A DNA stretch of 60,537 nt, filler included, from Caldilineae bacterium (lineage in GTDB: Bacteria; Chloroflexota; Anaerolineae; DTLA01): NCBI GenBank assembly GCA_037446815.1. It is 2 parts of 2 records of this genome, joined end to end, with 100 filler letters (N's around TTAATTAATTAA, not from the genome) between each part and the next. Parts side by side here need not be neighbours in the genome. Positions count along the whole stretch, not along the records: positions 30,560 to 60,537 come from JBBIHX010000022.1; 1 more part is not named here. One strand, given 5' to 3'. Below are positions 37,930 to 47,513 of this stretch, piece after piece. How positions within the stretch are numbered: the first letter of the stretch is position 1; every line of letters starts with the position of its first letter. The position numbers and the translations under genes are program-made. The notes beneath the pieces were generated by a model that was not told the origin of the DNA, made no database searches, and saw nothing but the letters and a program-made list of their open reading frames with translations.

Positions 37930-39639
37930 TTACCCTTGCCCCTTCTGAGCCAGTTTGCGCTTCTCTTCTTCCACGAGGAGCCGCCGCAGTATCTTGCCCA
38001 CCATGGTTTTGGGCAGTTCTTTGCGGAATTCCACGGCGCGCGGGACTTTGTACTTGGCCAGGCGCGTGCGGCAGAACTCTATGATTTCCTCCTCGGTGGC
38101 CGTCTCGCCTTCCTTCAGCACGATGTAGGCTTTGACCATCTCGCCGCGGTACTCGTCGGGCACGCCCGCCACGACGGCTTCCTTGATCTTGGGGTGTTCG
38201 TACAGGACTTCCTCCACGTCGCGCGGATAGACGTTGTACCCGCCGGAGATGATCATGTCCTTCTTGCGGTCCACGATTTGGAAGTAGCCGTCGGCATCCA
38301 TGCGGGCCATGTCGCCGGTGTACAGCCAGCCGTCGCGCAGGACCATGGCGGTCTCATCGGGCTTGTTCCAGTAGCCCTTCATGACCTGCGGCCCACGCAC
38401 GGCCAGTTCGCCCACCTCGCCCACGGGCAGTTCCTTCGTGCCGGTCTCCAGGTCCACGATGCGCGCGTCGGTATCGGGGAAGGGGATGCCGATGGTGCCG
38501 ACCTTGTTCTGGCCGTAGATGGGGTTGGCGTGGGTTACGGGCGACGCCTCCGACAGTCCATAGCCCTCCACCAGTTTGCCGCCGGTGAGTTGCTGGAACT
38601 TCTCCTGCACTTCTACGGGCAGGCCCGCCGCGCCGCTGATGCACGCGCGAATGGAGTTGACGCCATAGGACTGCACGTTCGGGAAGTTGTTGAACGCCAC
38701 GTACATGGTGGGGACGCCCGGGAACACCGTCGGCTGGAAGTTCTTGATGGCCAGCATGATGGCGTGATAGTCGCGCGGGTTCGGGATGAGGATCATGGAC
38801 GCGGCGGTGGCCATGGCGAAGTTCATGCAGGTGGTCATGCCGTAACTGTGGAACAGGGGCAGGGCCGTGAGCACGGTCTCGCCGCCTTCCTTGGCCTTGA
38901 ACCACGCCGCCGTCTGCAGGGCATTGGCCAGCAGGTTGCTGTTGGACAGTTCCGCGCCTTTGGGGACGCCGGTGGTGCCGCCGGTGTACAGCAGGCACAG
39001 GGTGTCGCCGGGCTTGACATCCACGGGCTGGAGGGCGGGCGCTCCGGCCAGCACGTCCTGGAACCAGTAGGTGTCCTTCTCGCCCTCAATGCTCAGCGCG
39101 TGGCCTTCTTTCTTCTCCTTGGCCAGGGTGAAGAGGGTGCGCAGCAGGCCCGGGAAGTATTCCTTCACGCTGGTAACGATGACGCGCTTGAGGGGGGTGT
39201 TCCCGCGCACCTGCTTGACGTTGCCGTAGAAGGCCGTGAGCGCGATGAGGGTCTCGGCGCCCGCGTCGTTGACCTGGTGCTCCAACTCGCGGGGCACGTA
39301 CAGCGGGTTGCAGGGGACGATGACGGCGCCCGCGCGGGCCGCGCCGTAGTACGCGATGACGTACTGCGGGCAGTTGGGCAGGTAGATGGCCACGCGGTCG
39401 CCCTTCTTCACGCCCAGTTTCTGCAAGCCTGCCGCGAATCGGTTCACCAGATCGTTCAGTTCACGGTACGTGATCTTCTTCGCCAGGTAGCGGGAGCCGA
39501 GGGGCGCGCCGTAGATAAGCGCCACGCGATTGGGGTGCTTCTCGGCAGAGCGTTTCAACAGTTCGTGCAGGGGTATCGCCGGATAGTCAATGTGCTTGGG
39601 AACGGACTCATCATAGAACTTGTGCCAGGGCTTTTCCAT
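37930..39639 (-). CDS. fadD: Long-chain fatty acid--CoA ligase
   Basis: YTGGTTGVPKG, LPLFH, EGYGLSE, TGD, DRKKDMI, PKTMVGKILR. Confidence 0.93.
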   Translation of the reverse strand: MEKPWHKFYDESVPKHIDYPAIPLHELLKRSAEKHPNRVALIYGAPLGSRYLAKKITYRELNDLVNRFAAGLQKLGVKKGDRVAIYLPNCPQYVIAYYGAARAGAVIVPCNPLYVPRELEHQVNDAGAETLIALTAFYGNVKQVRGNTPLKRVIVTSVKEYFPGLLRTLFTLAKEKKEGHALSIEGEKDTYWFQDVLAGAPALQPVDVKPGDTLCLLYTGGTTGVPKGAELSNSNLLANALQTAAWFKAKEGGETVLTALPLFHSYGMTTCMNFAMATAASMILIPNPRDYHAIMLAIKNFQPTVFPGVPTMYVAFNNFPNVQSYGVNSIRACISGAAGLPVEVQEKFQQLTGGKLVEGYGLSEASPVTHANPIYGQNKVGTIGIPFPDTDARIVDLETGTKELPVGEVGELAVRGPQVMKGYWNKPDETAMVLRDGWLYTGDMARMDADGYFQIVDRKKDMIISGGYNVYPRDVEEVLYEHPKIKEAVVAGVPDEYRGEMVKAYIVLKEGETATEEEIIEFCRTRLAKYKVPRAVEFRKELPKTMVGKILRRLLVEEEKRKLAQKGQG

Positions 39640-39656
39640 TTTCCTACCTCCTCCTT

Positions 39657-39771
39657 ACAGAAACTCTTTGCTATGGGCGGCTGCCGATAATGTGAGCACG
39701 AACGGAACTGACGCTTTCGGTCTAGGCCCGATGGGTGCTCGGCGATCTACATACCTCACCTCCCTCTGTTC
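39657..39771 (-). ncRNA. Second copy of the candidate RNA motif, directly before the fadD RBS
   Basis: Shares GAACAG(AG)GGAGGYGAGGTAYGT and CCGCCCATAGCA with 9188-9227. Confidence 0.4.
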
Positions 39772-39806
39772 AGGCAGCAAGGCCACGCTTGCATGTGGAC
39801 ATGCGG

Positions 39807-40550
39807 TTATGCGCTCGCTTTGGCCAGGCGCTCTTTCAGGAACGCCTGAATGGTCTCAAAGACTGTCTCGCGCTCCAGGTCGCGCATCATCTCGTGGTGG
39901 CTGCGCTCGAACCAGACGATGCGCTTGTCGGTGGACGCGATGCGGTCGTGGATGATCTGGGCCGATTTGGGCGCCACCGTTTGGTCCTGGTGCGACTGGA
40001 TGATGAGGGCGGGTGCGCGCACCTCGGGCAGGCGCCCCTCCACGTAGGCCGTGTATTCCAGAAAGGACAGGATGGCGTCCATCGGGGCGCGGTCGTAGTT
40101 GGTGTCGTACTTTTCCAGTTCCTTGTCGGCATAGTTGGGCGGCATGGGCCACCAACGGACGAGTTTGCCGACGATGGGTTGCAGGAAGGCCAGCGCGTTC
40201 CCCGGCGCGAGCGGGTTGCGCAGTTTGAGCGCGGCGGCGACGAGGGCGATGGCGTCCACCTGGTCGGGGTGTTCGGCGGCCAGGTGAAGCGCGACCAGTC
40301 CGCCCATGGAGAGGCCCACCACCGCGGCCTTGTCCGCCTCGGTGAGCAAGTCGCGCAGGGCGGCCTCGCCGTCGGCGTACCAATCCCGCCAGGTTACGCC
40401 GATGAGGGCTTCGGGCGTCTGCATGTGCCCGCGGAGCACGGGCATGCGGTAGGGCAGGCCCAGGGCCTCAATGTACGGGTTGAGGCCGTTGACGCAGTCC
40501 AGGCTGGACGTGAATCCGTGCAGGTTGAGCACTCCAAGCGGCGCTTTCAT
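39807..40550 (-). CDS. Alpha/beta hydrolase (carboxylesterase/monoacylglycerol lipase-like)
   Basis: LHGFT, GLSMGG nucleophile elbow, D..V, SHH. Confidence 0.9.
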   Translation of the reverse strand: MKAPLGVLNLHGFTSSLDCVNGLNPYIEALGLPYRMPVLRGHMQTPEALIGVTWRDWYADGEAALRDLLTEADKAAVVGLSMGGLVALHLAAEHPDQVDAIALVAAALKLRNPLAPGNALAFLQPIVGKLVRWWPMPPNYADKELEKYDTNYDRAPMDAILSFLEYTAYVEGRLPEVRAPALIIQSHQDQTVAPKSAQIIHDRIASTDKRIVWFERSHHEMMRDLERETVFETIQAFLKERLAKASA

Positions 40551-40589
40551 AGAGCCTCCTTGATAGATTTGCAATGCCCCGCTGCGCGA

Positions 40590-41666
40590 CTATACGCTGC
40601 GGGCGATGTCGGCCGGGTTGGGCGGACAGCCGCGAACGAGTCTGAACCCTCCCTTGCGCGCGAAGGCCGCGGCGCAGTCGCCCACGCACACCACGCGCCC
40701 GTGCTTCGCGGGGAGCGGGGCGCCGCTTCCCAGGACGATGTCGGTGCGGCGCAGTTGCCCGCTCCACAACAGGCGAATGCGGCCCCATCGGGATTTGCGT
40801 AGTGCGCGGAAGGCGAGGTAGAGGGCGGCGTTGCACCCGCTGCACGAGTCCGAGATGTGCTCGTACACATTATGATAGCGGAAGTATCCGGGATAGTCCA
40901 GCGCAAACGGGCGCGCGGCTTCCGCGATGGCGACGCCAACCGCGTGGACGGGTGCGGGTGGGATGTGAGGCGCGCGCTCGTGGGTCATCCCCATCAGTTG
41001 CAGGCAGGCGTTGTCCACCTCTACCATGTCCCTGCCCGCGACAAGGATGCCCATGTCCACCGGCGTGCCGAAGCGCCACGGCCCCAGCCCCTCCAGGGCG
41101 ACGATACCATCCACCACGGCCAGGTGCGGCGTTACCGCACGGGCGAGGGCGGCAATGGCCCGATCCAGCCCGATTTTGTGGAACCGCTTCTTGTCGGCCT
41201 CGGTCAGGAGACCTTTCTGATTCTTCATGCACAGGGTAACGCCGGCCTGGATGTGGGTCTTCATCTTGGCGACGTTGATGTACTCGTGCGTCTGAAGCAG
41301 GGCGGGCAGGCGGAGCGTGCCGAACTCCCAAGGCACTTCCACGCGGGGCGCGTCGTTCAGGTCTATCAACTGCGCGCCGTAGCGCTGGGCCAGGTCCGCG
41401 TAGCCGGTGCGCCGGAAGGCCTCCATCGCCGAGCGGCCCACGATAGCGCCCTCGCCGATGACGACGGGGCGGCCCGCCAGGTAGCGCAGCAGGCCCTCCA
41501 CCACGACGGGGTCGGTGTAAAGGCCCATGCCGGGCGGGGCGTAGTCGGGGACGTTGGGCTTGATGAATACGGCCTCGCGGCTGGGCTTATATGTGATTCG
41601 CTCCAACGCCTGGGCCAGGGCGTCGGCGGCCTGGTCCGGCGCGCTCCGCACGATGGCGACGGTCAT
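40590..41666 (-). CDS. DUF362 family Fe-S protein
   Basis: IKPN, KMKTH, TLCMKN.KG, VDGI...EG.GP; C-terminal CSGC, CVGDC, GCPP. Confidence 0.85.
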   Translation of the reverse strand: MTVAIVRSAPDQAADALAQALERITYKPSREAVFIKPNVPDYAPPGMGLYTDPVVVEGLLRYLAGRPVVIGEGAIVGRSAMEAFRRTGYADLAQRYGAQLIDLNDAPRVEVPWEFGTLRLPALLQTHEYINVAKMKTHIQAGVTLCMKNQKGLLTEADKKRFHKIGLDRAIAALARAVTPHLAVVDGIVALEGLGPWRFGTPVDMGILVAGRDMVEVDNACLQLMGMTHERAPHIPPAPVHAVGVAIAEAARPFALDYPGYFRYHNVYEHISDSCSGCNAALYLAFRALRKSRWGRIRLLWSGQLRRTDIVLGSGAPLPAKHGRVVCVGDCAAAFARKGGFRLVRGCPPNPADIARSV

Positions 41667-42466
41667 GAGTCCCTCAGGAAGACGCGAACTAGGTTGACGC
41701 CGGAGAAATGCCCGCAGGTCAGGTAGGTCAGCGAGCCTTCGCGCCCGAACAGCGCCCGGGCGATGCGCTTCTCGTCCAGGCCGCGGGCGTGCAATTCGTG
41801 GATGCGCGCGTAGAGTTCCTCCAGGTGCGCGATCTTGTCCAGAATCTCCTGGCGCGGGTTCCGGCGAACGCTGCCGCTGCCCGGGAACAGATAGGAGATG
41901 TCCAGGGCCGCGAGTTGGCGCAGCGAGTCCAGCGTGGCGTGGATGTCGTAATCGGGGCGGTAGGCGCGATCCTTGCCGCCGATGAACAGGTCGCCGGTGA
42001 AGGCCCAGCCCGTGTTGGGCTCGTACACCACGATGTGGTCGGGGCTGTGGCCGGGCGCGTGCAGGATGTGGAAGCGGTGGCGCTCGGTGAGGATTTCGCG
42101 CGGCGCCTCGCGGCCCTCCGACGGCGCGGGCCAGCCCCAGAAGATGCGGCGATACAGTTGCAGGCGGATGAGCGACGGGTCGCGCAGGTAGGGGAGCGCC
42201 AACGGGTGTGCGTAGATGACCGCGCCGTGCTCCCGCGCAATTTCGGCGTTGGCCCCGATGTGGTCCTCGTGGTGGTGGGTGTTCACGATGTAGCGCACCG
42301 TCTGGCGGCGGAGGGCAGCGCACAGTTGGCGCGCGGTGAAGTGGCAGCCCGTGTCCACCAGCAGCCCGTCCACGAAGTAGGCCGCCGTCCAGTAGGCCGG
42401 ACGCCCCAGAAAGTCCCGCGCCAGTCGGAACTTGGTAACCGTATCCACCTGCTCGGCGTGTATCAC
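41663..42466 (-). CDS. Metallo-beta-lactamase fold hydrolase
   Basis: VDTG, THHHEDHIG, PGHSPDH, TGD. Confidence 0.9.
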   Translation of the reverse strand: MIHAEQVDTVTKFRLARDFLGRPAYWTAAYFVDGLLVDTGCHFTARQLCAALRRQTVRYIVNTHHHEDHIGANAEIAREHGAVIYAHPLALPYLRDPSLIRLQLYRRIFWGWPAPSEGREAPREILTERHRFHILHAPGHSPDHIVVYEPNTGWAFTGDLFIGGKDRAYRPDYDIHATLDSLRQLAALDISYLFPGSGSVRRNPRQEILDKIAHLEELYARIHELHARGLDEKRIARALFGREGSLTYLTCGHFSGVNLVRVFLRDS

Positions 42467-42885
42467 GGTGCCTGCTCCAGCAGTAGTTTGTGGCGGAATT
42501 CGTCGGGAATGGGAATCGGCTTGAACGTCTTGGGATCCATCATCACCTGGACCGTCTCGCCCTCGGCCAGGAGGGCGCCGGTGTCCTGGTTGATGACCTG
42601 GTACGAGAAGGTGAAACTGCGCTGACGCACCTGGCTAATCCACGTGCGGACGAGGATGGGGTCGTCAAAGCGGGCCGAGGCGTGGTAGCGGCACCGCGCC
42701 TCGGCGATGACGAACGAGATGCCCTGCTTCTCGCGCTCGCGGAAGTCAAACCCCACCTCGCGCAGGTAATTGACGCGCCCCACCTCAAACCACACGAAGT
42801 AGTTGGCGTAGTAGACGATGCCCTGGGCGTCGGTTTCGGCGTAACGCACGCGGAGCGTGCTTTCGGAAACGCGCGGCGATGTCAC
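42463..42885 (-). CDS. Acyl-CoA thioesterase (YbgC/4HBT family)
   Basis: VRYAETDAQGIVYYANY..WFE.GR; GTGA overlap start. Confidence 0.9.
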   Translation of the reverse strand: MTSPRVSESTLRVRYAETDAQGIVYYANYFVWFEVGRVNYLREVGFDFREREKQGISFVIAEARCRYHASARFDDPILVRTWISQVRQRSFTFSYQVINQDTGALLAEGETVQVMMDPKTFKPIPIPDEFRHKLLLEQAP

Positions 42886-43292
42886 GGGATGCTGGCCCCT
42901 CCCATAAGGATTTGACGCAGCCATACGGGAATGGTCTGGACTTCACGGTTCTTGTTGACGCAGATGTGGCGCGTGTGGCCCGTGGCGAGTAGCACGTCGG
43001 CGGCGTTGCGCACCTCGTAGTGAAACGTGAGGCCCCGACTTCGCACTTCGGCCAGGCGCGTCCACACGGCAACCTCCTCGTCGTAGTGGGCCGAGTGGGA
43101 GAAGCGCACGTACAGTTCGGTAACCGGCAGGAAGATGCCCCTGGCCTCGCACTCGGCATATGAGATGCCGGCGGCGCGAAAGAACTCGGCGCGCCCCGCC
43201 TCAAACCAGATGGCGTGCTGCGAATGGTGGACGATTCCCATGGCGTCCGTTTCGGCGTACCGAACGCGAAAGCGGGTTACGATTTCCGCCAC
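42882..43292 (-). CDS. Acyl-CoA thioesterase (YbgC/4HBT family), tandem paralog
   Basis: VRYAETDAMGIVHH...WFEAGR; GTG after AAGGGAG. Confidence 0.88.
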   Translation of the reverse strand: MAEIVTRFRVRYAETDAMGIVHHSQHAIWFEAGRAEFFRAAGISYAECEARGIFLPVTELYVRFSHSAHYDEEVAVWTRLAEVRSRGLTFHYEVRNAADVLLATGHTRHICVNKNREVQTIPVWLRQILMGGASIP

Positions 43293-43368
43293 CGGTGCGT
43301 GCTCCCTTGATGACGAACGCCCCGTGCGGCGCACCTCGGCGATGCGTCGCACGGTTCCGATATACAGG

Positions 43369-44571
43369 CTAGACGGCTGTTCCGGCGGTGGCCGCCTCAA
43401 TCTCCTTGATGAGGGCCGGAATCACTTTGTAGAGGTCGCCCACCACGCCGAAGTCGGCGATCTGGAAGATAGGCGCCGACGGGTCTTTGTTGATGGCGAT
43501 GATGTACTTGGCTTCCTTCATGCCGGCCTGGTGCTGGATGGCGCCCGACACTCCGCAGGCGATGTAGAGGTCCGGATGCACAGTCTTGCCGGTCTGGCCC
43601 ACTTGGTGGTCGTGGGAGATCCAGCCCGCGTCCACAGCGGCGCGCGACGCCCCGACGGCTCCGCCCAGAAGGGTGGCCAGTTGCTCAATGAGTTTGAACC
43701 CGTCCGGCCCACCCAGGCCGCGCCCGCCGGTTACGATGACCTTGGCGTCCTCCAGGTCTACGGTGTGCTTGCCTTCCTTGACGATCTCCAGAATTTTGGT
43801 CATGAGATCGGTCTCGGCGAGGTCCACCTCCACATGGGTGATGTCGCCCGTGCGGGTCTTGTCCTCGGGCAAGGCGCGCATGACGCCGGGGCGCACGGTG
43901 GCCATCTGCGGGCGATGGCGCGGGCACGCGATGGTCGCCATGATGTTGCCGCCGAAGGCGGGCCGCGTCTGGAGGAGCAGCCGCTCGCTCTCGTCAATGT
44001 CCAGGCCGGTGCAGTCGGCGGTGAGGCCGGTGTGCAGGCGCTGGGCCACGCGCGGGGCCAGGTCGCGGCCGATGTGCGTCGCGCCGAACAGGACGATTTC
44101 GGGCTTCTTCTCCTGCACCAGGTTGGCGAAGACCTTGGTGTAGGCGTCGGTGCGGTAGTGCTCCAGCAGCGGATGATCGGCGACGAGCACCTCATCGGCG
44201 CCGTACCAGATGAGTTCTTGGGCCAGGGTGTCCACGTTGTGGCCCAAGAGGACGGCGACGGCCTTGGCTCCCAGGGTGTCGGCCAGTTCGCGGGCCTTGC
44301 CCACCAGTTGGCGGGCGACCTTGGTGAGCATTCCGTCGCGCTGCTCGGCGAAGACCCACACGTTGCGATAGTCCTCCAGCCGCACGCCGGTTGTGGGCAG
44401 TTCGCCCAGCACCAGGGCTTGCTCGGGGCAGGCCTCTACGCAGATGCCGCACGAGACGCAGGTCTCGTACACGACGGCCACGTTCCCCTTGACCTCAATG
44501 GCTCCGAATGGACAGACCATCTGGCAGGTGCCGCACGCTGTGCATTTCTCCTCAATGACCTTCAGTTCCAT
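43369..44571 (-). CDS. etfA: Electron transfer flavoprotein alpha subunit with N-terminal 2x[4Fe-4S] domain
   Basis: Two CxxCxxCxxxCP motifs; [26 protein letters not shown]. Confidence 0.93.
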   Translation of the reverse strand: MELKVIEEKCTACGTCQMVCPFGAIEVKGNVAVVYETCVSCGICVEACPEQALVLGELPTTGVRLEDYRNVWVFAEQRDGMLTKVARQLVGKARELADTLGAKAVAVLLGHNVDTLAQELIWYGADEVLVADHPLLEHYRTDAYTKVFANLVQEKKPEIVLFGATHIGRDLAPRVAQRLHTGLTADCTGLDIDESERLLLQTRPAFGGNIMATIACPRHRPQMATVRPGVMRALPEDKTRTGDITHVEVDLAETDLMTKILEIVKEGKHTVDLEDAKVIVTGGRGLGGPDGFKLIEQLATLLGGAVGASRAAVDAGWISHDHQVGQTGKTVHPDLYIACGVSGAIQHQAGMKEAKYIIAINKDPSAPIFQIADFGVVGDLYKVIPALIKEIEAATAGTAV

Positions 44572-44649
44572 CCTTGACCTCCTTGCTGGCAGTAGTTGGT
44601 GGGTTCAACGTACAATGGCGAGCGCGTTGGAACACTCGCGGATTCCCTC

Positions 44650-45879
44650 CTATCCGAATTCGCGCATGATCGCGCGGGCCAGGCGCTGGATGCCCTCGCG
44701 GATGATCTCCGGGCGGCAGTAGGAGAAGTTGAGGCGCATGGTGTTGTGCCCGCCGTTGTCGGGGAAGAAGGCGGCGCCGGGCACATAGGCGACCTTCTCC
44801 TCCAGCGCGGTCTTCATGAATTCGGTCGTGTCAATCTGCTCGGGCAGGCGCACCCACAGGAACAGGCCGCCCTGGGGCCGCGTCCAGGTTACGCCGCTGG
44901 GGAAGTGCTCTTCCATCGCCTGGAGCATGGCGTCGCGGCGCTCCAGGTACGCCTCGCGCACCTTCTTGACGTGGGTGCGGAGCAGGCCGCGGCTACAGAT
45001 GTCGTGGGCGACCATCTGCACGAAGACGCCCGTGTGCAGGTCCGCGCCCTGCTTGGCCTGCACCAGTTTGCTGATGATCTTGGACGGCGCGGTAACCCAG
45101 CCGATGCGGATGCCCGGCGCGAGCGTCTTGGAGAACGTGCTCAAGTAGATGACGTTCTCCTTGTGCAGCGTTTCTATGGGGGTGATGTCCTCGCCCTCAA
45201 ACCGCAATTCGCCGTAGGGGTCGTCCTCTATGATGGGGACGCCGTACTTGGCCGCGAGGCGCACCAACTCTATGCGGCGCTCCAGGGGCAGGGTGGTGCC
45301 CGCCGGGTTGTGGAAGTTGGGCAGCACGTAGATGAACTTGACCTTGCCCTGGTGGGCCTTCAGGACAGGCTCCAGTTGATCCACGCACATGCCATCGTCG
45401 TCCAGGGGCACGGTGGCAAACTGCGGCTCGTAGGCCCGCCACGCCTGGAGCGCGCCCAGGTACGTGGGCCGCTCGGTGATGACGACATCGCCCTTGTCCA
45501 GGAAGATGCGGCCGACCAGGTCCAGCGCCTGCTGCGAGCCGTTGGTGATGACGATGTTCTCCACTTCGGCGGGGACGCCGTACTTCTGCATCTTCTCGCT
45601 GAGGTACTCGCGCAGGGGCGTGTACCCTTCGGTCGCGCCGTACTGGAGCGCCTTGGAGCCGTTGGTGGTGAGGACGTACTCGCACGCCTCGCGGAACTCG
45701 CGGATGGGGAACAGTTCGGCGGCAGGCAACCCGCCCGCGAACGAGATGATGTCCGGCTTCTCGGTGAGTTTCAAGAGTTCACGGATGACGGAACTGGTCA
45801 TCTTCTTGGCGCGGGCTGCCAGTTTTGCATCCCAATCGGTGGTAACTTCGGTTTCCACAGGTTGAATGGGTAACGACAT
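44650..45879 (-). CDS. PLP-dependent class I aminotransferase (LysN/aromatic type)
   Basis: ISFAGGLP, GSQQALDL, NFHNPAG, EDDPY, FSKTLAPGIRIG. Confidence 0.9.
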   Translation of the reverse strand: MSLPIQPVETEVTTDWDAKLAARAKKMTSSVIRELLKLTEKPDIISFAGGLPAAELFPIREFREACEYVLTTNGSKALQYGATEGYTPLREYLSEKMQKYGVPAEVENIVITNGSQQALDLVGRIFLDKGDVVITERPTYLGALQAWRAYEPQFATVPLDDDGMCVDQLEPVLKAHQGKVKFIYVLPNFHNPAGTTLPLERRIELVRLAAKYGVPIIEDDPYGELRFEGEDITPIETLHKENVIYLSTFSKTLAPGIRIGWVTAPSKIISKLVQAKQGADLHTGVFVQMVAHDICSRGLLRTHVKKVREAYLERRDAMLQAMEEHFPSGVTWTRPQGGLFLWVRLPEQIDTTEFMKTALEEKVAYVPGAAFFPDNGGHNTMRLNFSYCRPEIIREGIQRLARAIMREFG

Positions 45880-45888
45880 GGGGCCTCC

Positions 45889-46731
45889 TCATTGAGTGGT
45901 TGGATATGGCCGGGAGTCTCGCCGTTGAGATTGCCTCTCCCGGTGGATGATGTCTCGCAACAGTTGCATGCGCGCAGCCCCGCCCACGGTCTCCAGTTTG
46001 CGGATGCCGAGGGGGTCAATCTCCTCGCGGAGCAGGCGCAACTCCTCGGCGGTTGGCGGCTCGGTTTCGCCCAGAGGGCGCGCCACCTGGAGTGGGAAAC
46101 CCGTGCGCGCCTGCACGTCGTCCAGCGACACGCCTGGGTGGACCGTCAGGAGCCGCACGCGCCCCTCGTGCAGGTCAAAGGTGGCCAGGTCGCTGACGAG
46201 GAACCAGTCGCGCGGGCGGTCGGGCACGTATCCCACGCCGCTGACGAAGTCCACGCTCTCCACGAAGACGCGCGGGTCGTGGCGCGGCACGTACAGTTCC
46301 ACGCGCCGGTAGATGGGCGTGATGTCGGCGATGCCGCCGCAGCCCGGCAGGCGCAACGTGGGCCTGTGCCAGTCGCCGATGCAGACGTTGTTGAAGTGGC
46401 CGCGGCGGTCCACCTGGGCCGGGCGCAGGAATTCGCGCGGCTCCAGCGTGGGCAGGATTTCGCGGCAGATGGACGGGAAATTCATGCGGCGCAGCGGCCT
46501 GTCCAGCCACATGGCCTCGTCGTACAAGAGCGACAGCGGCTTCCAGTCCAGCGTGACAGCCATGCCGACCGCCGACGCCAGCACCAGGTTGGGCGCGTGG
46601 GTGCATTTGGCAAGGATGTAGCCGGCCAGCGTCAGGGGCGTGGACAGGCCCTGCACCACGATGTCGCCATCGCGGAGCCGGCGGCTGATGCATGTGGCGA
46701 TGATTTCGTCGGGCGTGAATTCCGGTTTCAT
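45889..46731 (-). CDS. Family I CoA-transferase-like beta subunit (GctB-like)
   Basis: AQVDRRG..N, RLPGCGG, FVESVDFVSG, HPGV....V...TGF. Confidence 0.8.
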   Translation of the reverse strand: MKPEFTPDEIIATCISRRLRDGDIVVQGLSTPLTLAGYILAKCTHAPNLVLASAVGMAVTLDWKPLSLLYDEAMWLDRPLRRMNFPSICREILPTLEPREFLRPAQVDRRGHFNNVCIGDWHRPTLRLPGCGGIADITPIYRRVELYVPRHDPRVFVESVDFVSGVGYVPDRPRDWFLVSDLATFDLHEGRVRLLTVHPGVSLDDVQARTGFPLQVARPLGETEPPTAEELRLLREEIDPLGIRKLETVGGAARMQLLRDIIHRERQSQRRDSRPYPTTQ

Positions 46732-47513
46732 GTCTCTAGCCACGCGCGCAAATAGGATTGGAAGCCGTCGGACTGGCAGGCTTCCACGTAGGCGAGAATG
46801 GCCTGGGCGTCCATGGGATACAACGGATGGCACGAGGTGGGCGCGGCGCCGTGGGGCGCGGCCACCACGTGGGTAACGCGCTGGCCCAGCAGGTCGGCCT
46901 CCGCCGACAGGCGCGGCACGACGCGCTCGGCCGTTACGATGACCGTCCGCGCCGTGAGGCTGAGTTCCCAATCCACCGCCAGGTTGCCGCCCAGGATGGC
47001 GTTGCCCAAGGGGTCGGCCTCCAGCGCGTGGATGAGGGCCACGTCGGGGACGATGGCCGGGAAGGCGACGCAGACCTCGCCGCTGTACGGGTCGGCGATG
47101 GTGCGCACGTCGGGCCGCACGCGCAGGAAGTCCGTGCCGATCCACGCGGGCGACGCGATGAACCCAACCCGCGCCAGGGTGGCGCGCAGGCCGCAGGCGA
47201 CGCTGGTTTCCGTCTCCTCCACGATTTCCAGCGCGCCCGCGGATGCCGCGCGGGTGAACATGGGCGCGAGGCCGAAGGCTTCCAGGCCGAAATAGCACGT
47301 GCGGACGCGCTGCACGAGGCCCGCGCCTACCAGGATGTCGGCTTCTAGGCCCAGCGTGGCCCCGAGCACGGTCAGGTCGCCCACGCGGGCGCGGACGAGT
47401 TCGCGCACGGCGGCCATGGGGCGGCGGTGGAGCATGAGGCCGCCGATGGCGACGGTGCTGCCGGGCGCGATGGCGGCGACGGCTTGGGCCAGGGCGCAGG
47501 TCTTGTCCGTCAT
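46728..47513 (-). CDS. Family I CoA-transferase-like alpha subunit (GctA-like)
   Basis: AIGG....R.PM, PDVALIH...AD..GN, GAAPTSCHPLY..D. Confidence 0.8.
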   Translation of the reverse strand: MTDKTCALAQAVAAIAPGSTVAIGGLMLHRRPMAAVRELVRARVGDLTVLGATLGLEADILVGAGLVQRVRTCYFGLEAFGLAPMFTRAASAGALEIVEETETSVACGLRATLARVGFIASPAWIGTDFLRVRPDVRTIADPYSGEVCVAFPAIVPDVALIHALEADPLGNAILGGNLAVDWELSLTARTVIVTAERVVPRLSAEADLLGQRVTHVVAAPHGAAPTSCHPLYPMDAQAILAYVEACQSDGFQSYLRAWLET

